Positions 1 through 9,608 of a stretch of 64,000 nt of DNA are shown here, one piece after another (within the stretch, counting starts at the first letter, position 1; every line of letters begins with the position of its first letter). The translations under genes and the position numbers were made by a program. This DNA is from an uncultured Spirochaetota bacterium. GTDB taxonomy: Bacteria > Spirochaetota > Brevinematia > Brevinematales > JAOACQ01. Below the pieces are notes generated by a model. The model did not search any database. It saw only the letters and a list, made by a program, of their open reading frames with translations, and was not told the origin of the DNA. The stretch covers positions 1,760,001 through 1,824,000 of the forward strand of contig CAVYGN010000002.1 in assembly GCA_963768055.1 (NCBI GenBank). Direction: 5' to 3'.

Positions 1-2
1 TA

Positions 3-458
3 ACATTCATTTTAAATATTTTAGTTAGCTATCAAGTATGGTTGCGTCTTATAGGTGGTTTGTTTCTATGTGTTTTGGGCATAAAAACACTATTATCAAA
101 ACCCGCAGAAAAAGAAGTGTCAACAAAAGGGAACAGTCTCATTGCCGCCTATAGCTCAATATTACTACTTACTCTTACAAATCCAACGACGATTTTTTCC
201 TTTTTGGCAGTATTTACGGGTTTAGGTTTGATTGGCACAAGTGGAAATTATTTATCAGCAGGAATCTTAGTGCTTGGAGTATTTATTGGTTCAGCGTTAT
301 GGTGGCTCATTCTAAGTAGCGGCATTAGTTTATTTCGAGAGAAATTTAATAATCGCGGATTGCTTTGGGTGAATAGAATTTCAGGTATAATAATTACATG
401 CTTTGGTTTGTTTGCGTTTATTAGCGTTTTCGCTCCGCTGTTCGGCCGACTGTTGTAA
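3..458 (+). CDS. LysE/RhtB family amino-acid exporter (5' truncated by window)
   Basis: Frame is open from the window start; LTLTNPTTI motif, GVFIGSALWW, VNRISG; hydrophobic TM segments. Confidence 0.88.
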   Translation, partial: TFILNILVSYQVWLRLIGGLFLCVLGIKTLLSKPAEKEVSTKGNSLIAAYSSILLLTLTNPTTIFSFLAVFTGLGLIGTSGNYLSAGILVLGVFIGSALWWLILSSGISLFREKFNNRGLLWVNRISGIIITCFGLFAFISVFAPLFGRLL

Positions 459-502
459 ATGATGCTTTATCAAAGCAGTAAGAAGGCTTTTGTGAGGTTT
501 AT

Positions 503-1174
503 ATGCGTATCAAAAACAAAAGCATCGACCTGATCATATTCGATATGGATGGTTTAATGTTTGATACAGAAAAATTAGCATGTGTTTCCTGGAAGCAAGC
601 ATTGACAAAATACGGATATAATTTCGATAATAAGGTTTTTTTGGAAACAGTGGGTTTAAATTCAAAAATGGCAAAAGAAGTATATATGAAATTTTATGGA
701 AACAATTTTCAGTTTGATAAAATCTTTTTAGAAAGAAAGGATATTTTTGATAATATTGTCGAGAGCAAAGGAGTTCCTGTTAAAGAAGGATTATTAGAAC
801 TGATAAAATATTTGGATTCTAAAAAAATAAAAAAAGCTGTTGCAACTTCAACGAGTAAGACCAGAACTGAAATTCTATTATCAAAAGCTAATATGAAAGA
901 ATACTTTGATTCAATTATATGTGGTGATGAAATAAAAAATGGAAAGCCTGACCCTGAAATATTCCTGAAAGCAGCAGACAAATTAAATATCAATGTTTAT
1001 AATTGCATAGTTTTAGAAGATTCAGAAAATGGAATTAATGCGGCTTATAACGCCAATATGATTCCAATTATGGTTCCGGATATAAAGGAACCGAGCAATG
1101 AAATAAGAGATAAGGCTTATAGAATATTTAAAAGCTTAAGAGATGTAAAATATTATTTTGAAAACACAAATTAA
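503..1174 (+). CDS. HAD-IA family phosphatase/hydrolase
   Basis: FDMDGL motif I, ATST motif II, KPDPEIF, LEDSENG; GAGG RBS. Confidence 0.93.
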   Translation: MRIKNKSIDLIIFDMDGLMFDTEKLACVSWKQALTKYGYNFDNKVFLETVGLNSKMAKEVYMKFYGNNFQFDKIFLERKDIFDNIVESKGVPVKEGLLELIKYLDSKKIKKAVATSTSKTRTEILLSKANMKEYFDSIICGDEIKNGKPDPEIFLKAADKLNINVYNCIVLEDSENGINAAYNANMIPIMVPDIKEPSNEIRDKAYRIFKSLRDVKYYFENTN

Positions 1175-1228
1175 ACTATTTTAGTTGACTAAAAATAGAG
1201 TATAAAGCGGCGGAGAAAGGAATCAAGT

Positions 1229-1837
1229 ATGAAAGCAAATGTTATTTTAGCACATCCATATTCAAAAAGTTTCAATCATGCGATTTTTCAAACTGTTTGT
1301 TCAAAACTTGTAAATTTAAATTTATCAGTATTTAAACATGATTTGTATGAAGAACAATTTAATCCGATATTAACATCGGAGGAGCTTGGTTCTGATAAAT
1401 CGACTGATAATCTTGTAAATCAATACCTTCGGGAATTGCTGGATTCTGATATTCTGTTTTTTATTCATCCGAATTGGTGGGGGCAACCTCCTGCAATACT
1501 AAAAGGTTATATTGATAGGGTTATTCGTCCGCCGTATACATTTGATTTCCCTCCCGGTGATTCAGGAGGCGGTTTGCCAGCAGGTAAATTAAAAGGGAAA
1601 TACGGTGTTGTTTTAAATACATCAAATACAGACAAAATGAGAGAAGAAAATTATTTTTGCGATCCATTGGAAAATATATGGATAAAATGCATATTTGGAT
1701 TCTGCGGTATAGAGAAATATTACAGAAAAATGTTTGGTATTATTTCTGATAGTGATTATGAGAAAAGAAAAATATGGCTTTCCGAAATCGAAGAAATTGT
1801 TGAAAATGTTATAAATGATTTTAAGGATGTCGGTTAG
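1229..1837 (+). CDS. NAD(P)H-dependent quinone oxidoreductase (flavodoxin-like fold)
   Basis: AHPYSKSFN, DLYEEQFNP, HPNWWGQPPAILKGYIDRV. Confidence 0.9.
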   Translation: MKANVILAHPYSKSFNHAIFQTVCSKLVNLNLSVFKHDLYEEQFNPILTSEELGSDKSTDNLVNQYLRELLDSDILFFIHPNWWGQPPAILKGYIDRVIRPPYTFDFPPGDSGGGLPAGKLKGKYGVVLNTSNTDKMREENYFCDPLENIWIKCIFGFCGIEKYYRKMFGIISDSDYEKRKIWLSEIEEIVENVINDFKDVG

Positions 1838-1963
1838 AATTTGAGAATGTCGCCGTCCGGAATTTCCGGGACGGGAGCGGTTAAAACAACGCCAAAAAGT
1901 GGCTTTTACGGCAGTGACCAGACTCCTGTTTTTTACAAATGGGCGGTAAGGGTAGAATTAAAT

Positions 1964-2497
1964 ATGAAAGAATCCGGTATAATAATTTACACGATAGGGC
2001 ATTCCTCAAGGTCTTTAGACGAGTTTGTAGAGTTGCTGAAAATAAATAATATCTGTAGAGTTGTAGATATAAGGACAATTCCCGGTTCACGGCACAACCC
2101 TCAATTTAACAGGGAAGTATTTTCGAAAAGTATAAGAAACCGCCATTTTTATTATTCATATATGAAAGCTCTTGGCGGACTGAGAAGGCCTTTAAAAGAT
2201 TCCATTAATACCCAATGGAAAAATTCTTCTTTCCGCGGTTTTGCCGACTATATGCAGACTGCAGAGTTTGCTGAAGCTCTGGATCGGTTAATGAAAATTT
2301 CTTCGGGAAAAAGAACGGCAATTATGTGCGCGGAAGCTGTACCCTGGCGCTGCCATCGTTCGCTCATTGCCGATGCCCTGACAATACATCGTATTGAAGT
2401 GGAGCATATAATATCAAAAAAAAGCATAAAGAAGCATGTGATGACTCCGTTCGGGAAAATAGAACATGGCAGAATTTACTATCCCGAAGCCAGGTGA
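1964..2497 (+). CDS. DUF488 domain protein
   Basis: IYTIGHS, DIRTIPGSRHNPQFN, LGGLR, MCAEAVPWRCHRSLIAD; ATG 1964 preferred over TTG 1841. Confidence 0.9.
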   Translation: MKESGIIIYTIGHSSRSLDEFVELLKINNICRVVDIRTIPGSRHNPQFNREVFSKSIRNRHFYYSYMKALGGLRRPLKDSINTQWKNSSFRGFADYMQTAEFAEALDRLMKISSGKRTAIMCAEAVPWRCHRSLIADALTIHRIEVEHIISKKSIKKHVMTPFGKIEHGRIYYPEAR

Positions 2498-2511
2498 ATC
2501 CGGAGCGGGTA

Positions 2512-2634
2512 TTATCTCGGCGCTTCATCTTCAATTTCTATAGGCGCGACTGAAAAATAAACTGTCCCGCTGTCCTTGCCGATATTTCCGGTAAACAATT
2601 CCGGGATAAAGCTCACATATTCATCTTTCAGTAA
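2512..2634 (-). pseudogene. Detached C-terminal 40 codons of the IS-interrupted gene at 4299-5531
   Basis: Reads LLKDEYVSFIPELFTGNIGKDSGTVYFSVAPIEIEDEAPR*; joins in frame to ...GQTVTIK once the IS and one TTTAA copy are removed. Confidence 0.85.
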
Positions 2635-2745
2635 TTTAACCCACATTTCCCAGATGAAATTTTGTTTTCTTAGAGAAAACATGGCATAATCATATATCAG
2701 GATAGGAATTAGATTACTAAAAAACCTTCATAACTGGAGGATTCA

Positions 2746-4083
2746 ATGGGTGAAAGCCAAAATCAGGCATTACGAGTCGATTTTGATAAGAGTCTAAGGC
2801 TTGAATTTCATGGTTCAACCATTACTTCTGATGCCGGACTACTTGCTTATCGTGAACTTGATGACGCATTGGGATTGACAGACATTGCGGCAAAGTGCCT
2901 GAAAGATATCAGATTTGGAAAGAACAAACAGCATAGTATTGCAGCACAATTGCGGCAATCCGTATTCAGCAGGCTTGCGGGATATGAAGACACAAATGAT
3001 GCGGAACGTCTTTCCGTTGATCCTGCCATGAGGCAGGTTGTCGGGGGAAGAGCTCTTATTCATACGGCTGCGTCAACGAGCCAGATGGGAAGGTTTGAAA
3101 CTGAAGTTCTAACTCTTCCGGATAACATCAAAGCCCTTATGAATCTTTCCGGGCAATGGATTGACAGGTTAAGGGATCAGGTTCCCATGAGAAATCTTGT
3201 TCTCGATATGGACAGCTCTGTGAGTGAAACATATGGAAGACAGGATGGGACTGCATATAATGGACACTTTGGATGTACTTGTTACCACCCCCTTTTTTGC
3301 TTCAACCAGTTTGGCGATGTCGAGTTTGCCCTTCTTCGGGAAGGTAATGTACACAGCGCTGATAACTGGAAAAAAGTATTAGATCCAATTGTTGCCCGTT
3401 ACCGTAATAGAAAATTTCCTCATTACTTCAGAGGGGATGCCGGCTTTGCCAAACCCGAGATTTACGAGTACCTGGAATCAGAACATTTCAAGTATGCCAT
3501 TCGCTTACCAGCCAATGATATTTTATACAGTGAAATCGGACATCTCCTTACAAGGCCGGTAGGACGGCCGTCATATACACCTGTTGTCTGGTACCATGAA
3601 TTCCTGTATAAAGCGGCATCCTGGGCTCGTGATCGCAGGATAATAGCAAAGGTGGAATGGCACCAGGGAGAACTCTTTCCCAGGGTCGGTTTTATCGTTA
3701 CAAATCTAAGGGCTAAAAAGAAGAAAGTAGTCCATTTTTACAATATGAGGGGAACAGCGGAACAATGCATTAAAGAGGGTAAGAATGCTGTAAAGTGGAC
3801 AAGGCTCTCCTGTCATGATTTTATCGATAATCATGTCCGGCTCCAGTTATTTGTCCTTGCCTACAATCTTGGAAACTTCTTCCGGCATTCAGCTTTACCC
3901 AGAGTAATGAAACACTGGACCATGACGACACTCAGGGAAAAGCTAATAAAAATCGGTGCAAAGGTTGTCAGCCATGCTCGCTATGTGGTTTTCCAGATGG
4001 CGGAAGTCGCCGTCCCGAAAGGGCTGTTTGCCGTTATCCTTGATAGATTACATAGATTAAGGCTACTGTTTGGCGTTGGTTAA
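2746..4083 (+). CDS. IS1380-family DDE transposase
   Basis: [59 protein letters not shown]; intact ORF. Confidence 0.95.
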   Translation: MGESQNQALRVDFDKSLRLEFHGSTITSDAGLLAYRELDDALGLTDIAAKCLKDIRFGKNKQHSIAAQLRQSVFSRLAGYEDTNDAERLSVDPAMRQVVGGRALIHTAASTSQMGRFETEVLTLPDNIKALMNLSGQWIDRLRDQVPMRNLVLDMDSSVSETYGRQDGTAYNGHFGCTCYHPLFCFNQFGDVEFALLREGNVHSADNWKKVLDPIVARYRNRKFPHYFRGDAGFAKPEIYEYLESEHFKYAIRLPANDILYSEIGHLLTRPVGRPSYTPVVWYHEFLYKAASWARDRRIIAKVEWHQGELFPRVGFIVTNLRAKKKKVVHFYNMRGTAEQCIKEGKNAVKWTRLSCHDFIDNHVRLQLFVLAYNLGNFFRHSALPRVMKHWTMTTLREKLIKIGAKVVSHARYVVFQMAEVAVPKGLFAVILDRLHRLRLLFGVG

Positions 4084-4218
4084 TACTATTTATTTGATAT
4101 CGGATTTTTCAAGGGGTTACTGTCGCCTTTTTGTTTAAAGGTTAGCAGAACATCGCCTGAAATCTGATTTTATGTTATTATCGAATGAATTTTATATAAA
4201 GAAACCTGGATTTTAATG

Positions 4219-4247
4219 TTGACAAAGTTATTTTACGGAATCATAAT
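4219..4247 (+). promoter_or_regulatory. Outward-facing sigma70-type promoter near the IS right end
   Basis: TTGACA-17 nt-CATAAT inside the IS, pointing out through IRR. Confidence 0.65.
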
Positions 4248-4298
4248 AAATCAATCCATTAAATGGGAGAGTTTGGGGTGTCATTTGGGAAATATCGG

Positions 4299-5531
4299 TT
4301 TAATGGTAACAGTCTGCCCCTTCGTCTTTTCTTCGGCCTTTTTTCCTGATTTTTCGGCTTCGCTGCTGCCGATACGGTAATCGTATTTCTGAGGAAAGCG
4401 ATCCACTAATACTGCAGGCCTGTTTGTATAGATGCAGGTCCTTGTTACATACCCGGAATAATCGAAAACATAATAGGCTCCCCTGTTAAATTCAAATTTA
4501 TATGTGCCGGATTTTTTTGCCGTATAAATTATTCCGGCCCCGGAAGTGGCGACATCCACTGCTATTTCTTCAGGTGATTGTCTATTATCGACGGACTTAT
4601 CCGCCCCGTTTTTAAAAACGACTACCTTTGTAGTCCCTTCTTTTATAACAATATTTGTGGTTTCGCTGTTTTTCAAAGCAATCCTGTTCTCTTTCCCTGC
4701 TTCCACATCGGGTATTATCAATTCACCGGAACCGTCGGTTTTCCCGATTATTTTCCCGTTAAGGTAAACATCGGCGCCGCTTTCCATGGCCTCTATTATC
4801 AATACTCCGGAAGGGTTGAAATTCAGCTCGTTCGTTACCCCGCTCTTCATCTCTAGTATCTTTCTTAAAACTTCATCTTCGGATTTTTCCTGTTTCAAAC
4901 TGATATCGATCGACTGTCCCGATATGAATTTGTCAAAGTATCCGTCCCTATTGTCGACAGTTTTCACGAAAGAGCCGTTAATAAATAACCTGTACTTTGT
5001 ACCAATCGGCTTGATATTTAGCCTGAAATATCCGAGCGATATGGTCTTCCCGATCAGCAAGCCCGATACGTCAAGTATCATTTTGTCGATTGTAGTAAAT
5101 ATTTCAAGCCCGGAGTCTCCTTTGTACACTCTTGTGAATAGCAACTGGCCGTTAATTACATTGTAAACATATACGTTGATCGTTATTTTACCGCTTTGAT
5201 CGTTAACAAGGTAATCGCCGGTGATCACCTGTTCCGAAGAAAACTGCTGGGCTATATTTATAGCCTTTCCGATGTTCAATTCCTTCATTTCCCAGAACCC
5301 GCCGCCTCTGGCCGATTCCTCTATGTCTTTGTAAGGAGTTACCTTTTTTGATATTTTCGAAAGAAAGGTGGAAAGGGATTTGACCATCATTATGTTGATA
5401 TTGCTCTGGTTCGGCTTACCCCTGTTAATGAATCCCGCCACTGTCACGGATTTCATCTGGAAGTCTTCCGGCCTTATTAATCCCTGGGAAGCGAATAAGA
5501 TCAACAGGATTACAAATACCTTTTTTGGCAT
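4299..5531 (-). pseudogene. Secreted protein (signal peptide, TolB-N/CsgG-like N domain, PEGA-like domain), truncated by IS1380
   Basis: Hydrophobic N-terminus; QVITGDY..KITINVYVYNVING; GADVYLNGKIIGKT (PEGA-like). The last 5 residues and stop of the track ORF (to 4281) come from IRR. Confidence 0.75.
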
Positions 5532-5982
5532 GCTTTTTACCCTCCGATATCAGGGAATATTTTATGTAACTGTCAGGTGTTTGTCAAATCAAATTAGCGG
5601 GGAAACGTTCCAATAATTCCCGGCGGAATAACTTTATATCAAACAGAACATCCGGACAAACTCATCGATGATATTCAATGGTACCGGCCGGAATTAGTTA
5701 TAGGGTGGAATACTTGAACTATCTGTCTTTTTTCTTCAAAAGAGGATCGTTTTCCGCAATGAATTTTCTGATGTTGTCGGCATGTGCAATCTCAATGTTT
5801 ATTATTTTGATAAGCCGAGTCAGTCATTGCCGCAGAATCAGTGAAATTTTGAAAAATGCACCGATTAGGGGGTAAAATAATAAGACGGGCCGGCCTGATG
5901 TTGAAAAATCAAGGATCCTGGGTCAAAGACTGCTTTTGTCCCGCTTGTATGTTAAAATATTATAATTTTAGGAGAGCCAAAC

Positions 5983-6807
5983 ATGCCTCAATCGACAGGC
6001 CTCGTTCTTTCAGGCGGCGGTTTAAAGGGAGCGTACCAGGCCGGAGCCTGGAAAGCGTTATGCGAGCATCGGATCGATAAACAAATATCGGTCATATCGG
6101 GATGTTCGATAGGGGTTTTAAACGCTTTGCTGTTCCTTTCCGTACCGCCCGAGAAAATTATCGATGTCTGGCTTGGCTTGAAAAAGGATGACGTCTTACA
6201 GGATAATAAACATCTTGAAAATTTTAAAAAACTCGGCAAACCTGGTATCGATCTCATGAATATACTTGCAGTTCTTGGTATCCAGGCAGTGAATCTGTTT
6301 TTATTCGGGGCGTTCAGCAGGGCAAAGCATTTGGAAATTCTTGAAGAAATCGTCAACTGGGACATTCTTAAAAATAAAAGGGTGAAGGTTTTTGCTTCCT
6401 GCTCCAGAATAATAAGCCCAATAAAACTTGAACCGGAATATTTTGAGCTTAATTTAAGTGATAAAGAAAATACGATAAAAACGGTTATGGCGTCATCGGC
6501 GATACCGGTGGTTTTCCCCGTCCAGTTATTCAACGGCTCTTTTTATTATGACGGGGGTTTGACGGATAATGTCCCCGTCAGTCCTCTGGATAATGAGGCA
6601 TGCAGCGACATTATTGTTATCCATCTTTCGGGACGGAATAAAATTAAAACGGGGGATAATATCAAAAACCCTGTCGCTCATATTTTTCCTTCCAGGCCGC
6701 TGGGACAGGCTCTGGAATTTAATAAAAATAATATAAAAAGCAATATTGAGCTGGGATACCGGGATATGAAAATGAGATTGACAAATGGAAAATATTTGTT
6801 AGAATGA
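5983..6807 (+). CDS. Patatin-like phospholipase
   Basis: GLVLSGGGLKGAYQAG, GCSIG nucleophile elbow, ASSAIP, DGG catalytic Asp; AGGAG RBS. Confidence 0.93.
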   Translation: MPQSTGLVLSGGGLKGAYQAGAWKALCEHRIDKQISVISGCSIGVLNALLFLSVPPEKIIDVWLGLKKDDVLQDNKHLENFKKLGKPGIDLMNILAVLGIQAVNLFLFGAFSRAKHLEILEEIVNWDILKNKRVKVFASCSRIISPIKLEPEYFELNLSDKENTIKTVMASSAIPVVFPVQLFNGSFYYDGGLTDNVPVSPLDNEACSDIIVIHLSGRNKIKTGDNIKNPVAHIFPSRPLGQALEFNKNNIKSNIELGYRDMKMRLTNGKYLLE

Positions 6808-6823
6808 TAAAAGGGGGATTAAT

Positions 6824-7930
6824 ATGCCGGATGAAGTTTTAAAAGGCAGGGAAATAATCACAAGTGAAAATGTGCAGGAAAAGTTTGAAGAAAAAATTAA
6901 TGAAGAAAAAAGAAATTCAAAAAAAGCCAACGTTTTAGTTTGCGGCTATACGGGATCGGGAAAAACAAGCCTATTGCAAATTATTTTTGGAAAAGAAACA
7001 GTCCCTGATTCCGCGATCGGACATGGTTCATCAACAACTGCAGATTATATACCGTATGAAAATGCAAAAGTAAAAATATGGGATTCCGAAGGATTCAGTT
7101 TCGGTAATGCAGAAGAAAAGTTTTTGGAAAAAACCAGATCCTTTATCAGGAATTTGCAGGATGATATTGATATAGATAATCATGTTCATATAGTCTGGTA
7201 TACAATTCAAGGCTGCATGGCAAGAGTTACAGAATATGATTTGGATCTGATAAGGAAAATTTTCAAAAATGTAATAGTTATTATTACAAAAAAAGATATA
7301 ACAAAAGAAAAACAGATGGATGATATTTTAAATAATCCCCGGACCGGGCTGATTACACATGACATACAAATGGATCGAATTCTTGCTGTTGATGAAACCG
7401 ACAGGGAATCAATTAAAAAACTTATCGATTTAACATATAATTTACTGCCGGCGGCATATCGAGACGCATTTATTGCGGCGCAAATGATCGATTTAGAAAA
7501 AAAAAATAACCTGGCCCGGGTTATTATTCATTCTTCCTCGGGAGCCGCTGCCCTTGCCGGAGGAATAAACCCCCTTCCAATTTCTGATGCCGCATTGATA
7601 ACGCCGATTCAACTTGGATTAGTGGCTTCCTTAAGCGCCTTATACGGATTTTCGAATCAATTGACCAGAAAAATGTTCCTGCCCTTGCTTGCACAAGGAA
7701 TAGGGATGTTTACTGCAACCAGCCTTGTTAAGTTATTCCCTGTAATTGGAGAAATTATTCAAGCATCCGTTGCAGGGGCATTGACCGAGGCGATCGGGTT
7801 CGTAGTAAACGATCATTTGATTAAATGTTTTAATGCAAGGGCTAACGAAGAGCCTCTGCCGGATTTCCTGTTTAATTACAATGAAATTATGAGCATTTTT
7901 GAAGAATTCTTAAAAGCGGCTAAAAAATAA
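6824..7930 (+). CDS. P-loop GTPase with C-terminal DUF697/YcjF-like hydrophobic domain
   Basis: G1 GYTGSGKT, G3 DSEG, G4 TKKD; C-terminal AAALAGGINPLPISDAALITPIQ. Confidence 0.82.
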   Translation: MPDEVLKGREIITSENVQEKFEEKINEEKRNSKKANVLVCGYTGSGKTSLLQIIFGKETVPDSAIGHGSSTTADYIPYENAKVKIWDSEGFSFGNAEEKFLEKTRSFIRNLQDDIDIDNHVHIVWYTIQGCMARVTEYDLDLIRKIFKNVIVIITKKDITKEKQMDDILNNPRTGLITHDIQMDRILAVDETDRESIKKLIDLTYNLLPAAYRDAFIAAQMIDLEKKNNLARVIIHSSSGAAALAGGINPLPISDAALITPIQLGLVASLSALYGFSNQLTRKMFLPLLAQGIGMFTATSLVKLFPVIGEIIQASVAGALTEAIGFVVNDHLIKCFNARANEEPLPDFLFNYNEIMSIFEEFLKAAKK

Positions 7931-7937
7931 ACACTGA

Positions 7938-9608
7938 TCATATCAGCATATCCTTTAACCCTGAAAGCCGCACGGTCCTGTTGCATAAAGCCTTGAAGAA
8001 TGCCGTTTCGTCGCCCCATACCTCCGCTTCCTGTTTTGCTCGCGTAAGGGCGGTATATACCAGTTCTCTTGTAAGGATCCTTTCCCGGTCTTCATGGTCT
8101 TCCGGCAGGGGAGGAAGAATGAGGACTACCCTGTCGAATTCCGCCCCCTGCGATTTATGGATAGTCAGGGCGTAGGCGCTTTCCGAATCGGGCAGGACCT
8201 GGGGCGTAAATGAACGCGGCACTGCTTCTCCGCCCGAATCCGGCGGGAAAAATACCCCGAAGGAGCCGCCGAGTTTCCTCACGACGCCGAGATCGCCGTT
8301 GAAAAGCCCTAGCTCCCTTGAATTCTCCGTTACCAGGAGCGGCCTGTTCTCATACTGGCCCTGTTCGATTTCCCCGATCTTTCCCAGGCCTTTCAATGCG
8401 TCCCTTACAAGGGAGTTAAGGCCCTCCGTCCCGAACGGCGTCCGCCTGTAAGGCGTCAGGATTATAAACTTTTCGAGGGCTTCAAGGGCAGATATCTCGT
8501 CACCCGAAGCGCAGAGGGGGTAGAAACCGGCGCATCTCTTTTGAATTCCTTCGGCAAGGTCTTTCCTGTCTGCCAGGCGGCTGAAGGATAGACCGTAATT
8601 CCCGCTTTTCAATATATCGAGGGCCTCCTGCCCGCTGCCGTTGTTTACAGCGCGGGCTAAATCGGCAAGGCCCGGATTTTCCTTAACCCTGAAATTTTCG
8701 GTGAGGACGGCGATATTGGACCTTTTTAAAGCCTCGCTGTCGCATATATCGGCAAAGGCCTTCCCTTCTTCAACCGAGGCCAGCTGGTCCTTGTCCCCGA
8801 TGAGTATTATTCTGCACCTTTCCGGAAGGGCCGCGAGCAGCCTGTACATAAGCGGTAAACTGCACATCGATGCTTCGTCAAGCACAAGGACATCGCAGTC
8901 AAGGGGTTCTTCAGGGCCGTAGCGGAACATTACGGGGCCCGGCCGCCATTTAAGAAGACGGTGGACGGTTTCAACGGTATCCGGAATAAATTCGAATACT
9001 TTTTTATAAATCTCAGGTATTTTAAGGGATTGCGAGGCTTTTAATAGGGAAATGCCAAGCCTGGCCGCAGCTTTGCCTGTCGGCGCCGCCATTTTAATCT
9101 TCAGGGGATTTTCAGCAAGTAATTGGAGAAGAACAAGGACCTTGAAGACTGTTGTTGTCTTTCCGGTCCCGGGCCCCCCGGTAACAACCGCGAAGTTCGT
9201 ACCGCAGCATAACTCCGCGGCTCTTCTTTGGCCGTCATTTCCCTGGTTCTCCCGGCTGAATAGTATATCCAAATATTCATCCAATTTTTTCCTGTCGGGA
9301 TTAACATTTACAAGCCTTGATCTAACCGCATCTGCCACTCCCTTCTGCATGACCCAGTGCCTGTTCAGATAAAGAAGCCCCTGCGCGTCGATAACAAAGG
9401 GCCTGTGATCGCCCGGCCTGCCGCATACCCTGGAAGCAAGCAATTTCTCCGGTTCCGGCGCTCTGACGCATATATGGCTTTCCTCCAGAGAGCTGCATAG
9501 TTCACTGCAGGCCCTGGCGATAATATCCTTATTATCCGGGTCGAATCCGGAGAGAAACGAGGCGAGCCTGTCTGCAGCGACGTTTGCTTGGATCTTATCC
9601 GGGCTCAT
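7938..9608 (-). CDS. recD: Exodeoxyribonuclease V alpha subunit
   Basis: TGGPGTGKTT, AAPTGKAAARL, TVHRLL, DEASM, GDKDQLASVE, LFNGD, TIHKSQGAEF, YTALTRA. Confidence 0.95.
   Translation of the reverse strand: MSPDKIQANVAADRLASFLSGFDPDNKDIIARACSELCSSLEESHICVRAPEPEKLLASRVCGRPGDHRPFVIDAQGLLYLNRHWVMQKGVADAVRSRLVNVNPDRKKLDEYLDILFSRENQGNDGQRRAAELCCGTNFAVVTGGPGTGKTTTVFKVLVLLQLLAENPLKIKMAAPTGKAAARLGISLLKASQSLKIPEIYKKVFEFIPDTVETVHRLLKWRPGPVMFRYGPEEPLDCDVLVLDEASMCSLPLMYRLLAALPERCRIILIGDKDQLASVEEGKAFADICDSEALKRSNIAVLTENFRVKENPGLADLARAVNNGSGQEALDILKSGNYGLSFSRLADRKDLAEGIQKRCAGFYPLCASGDEISALEALEKFIILTPYRRTPFGTEGLNSLVRDALKGLGKIGEIEQGQYENRPLLVTENSRELGLFNGDLGVVRKLGGSFGVFFPPDSGGEAVPRSFTPQVLPDSESAYALTIHKSQGAEFDRVVLILPPLPEDHEDRERILTRELVYTALTRAKQEAEVWGDETAFFKALCNRTVRLSGLKDMLI

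Larger units (their letters stand above)
2640..4298 (+). mobile_element. IS1380-family insertion sequence (1659 bp)
   Basis: IRL CCCACATTTCCCAGATGA (2640-2657) and IRR TCATTTGGGAAATATCGG (4281-4298), 14/18 match; TTTAA direct repeats at 2635-2639 and 4299-4303; single transposase. Confidence 0.93.

Noticed and set aside
5600..5982. Short ORFs (5678-5875, 5856-6080) and a short minus-strand peptide-like stretch
   Set aside because: No RBS or recognisable motifs; probably intergenic or decayed sequence.
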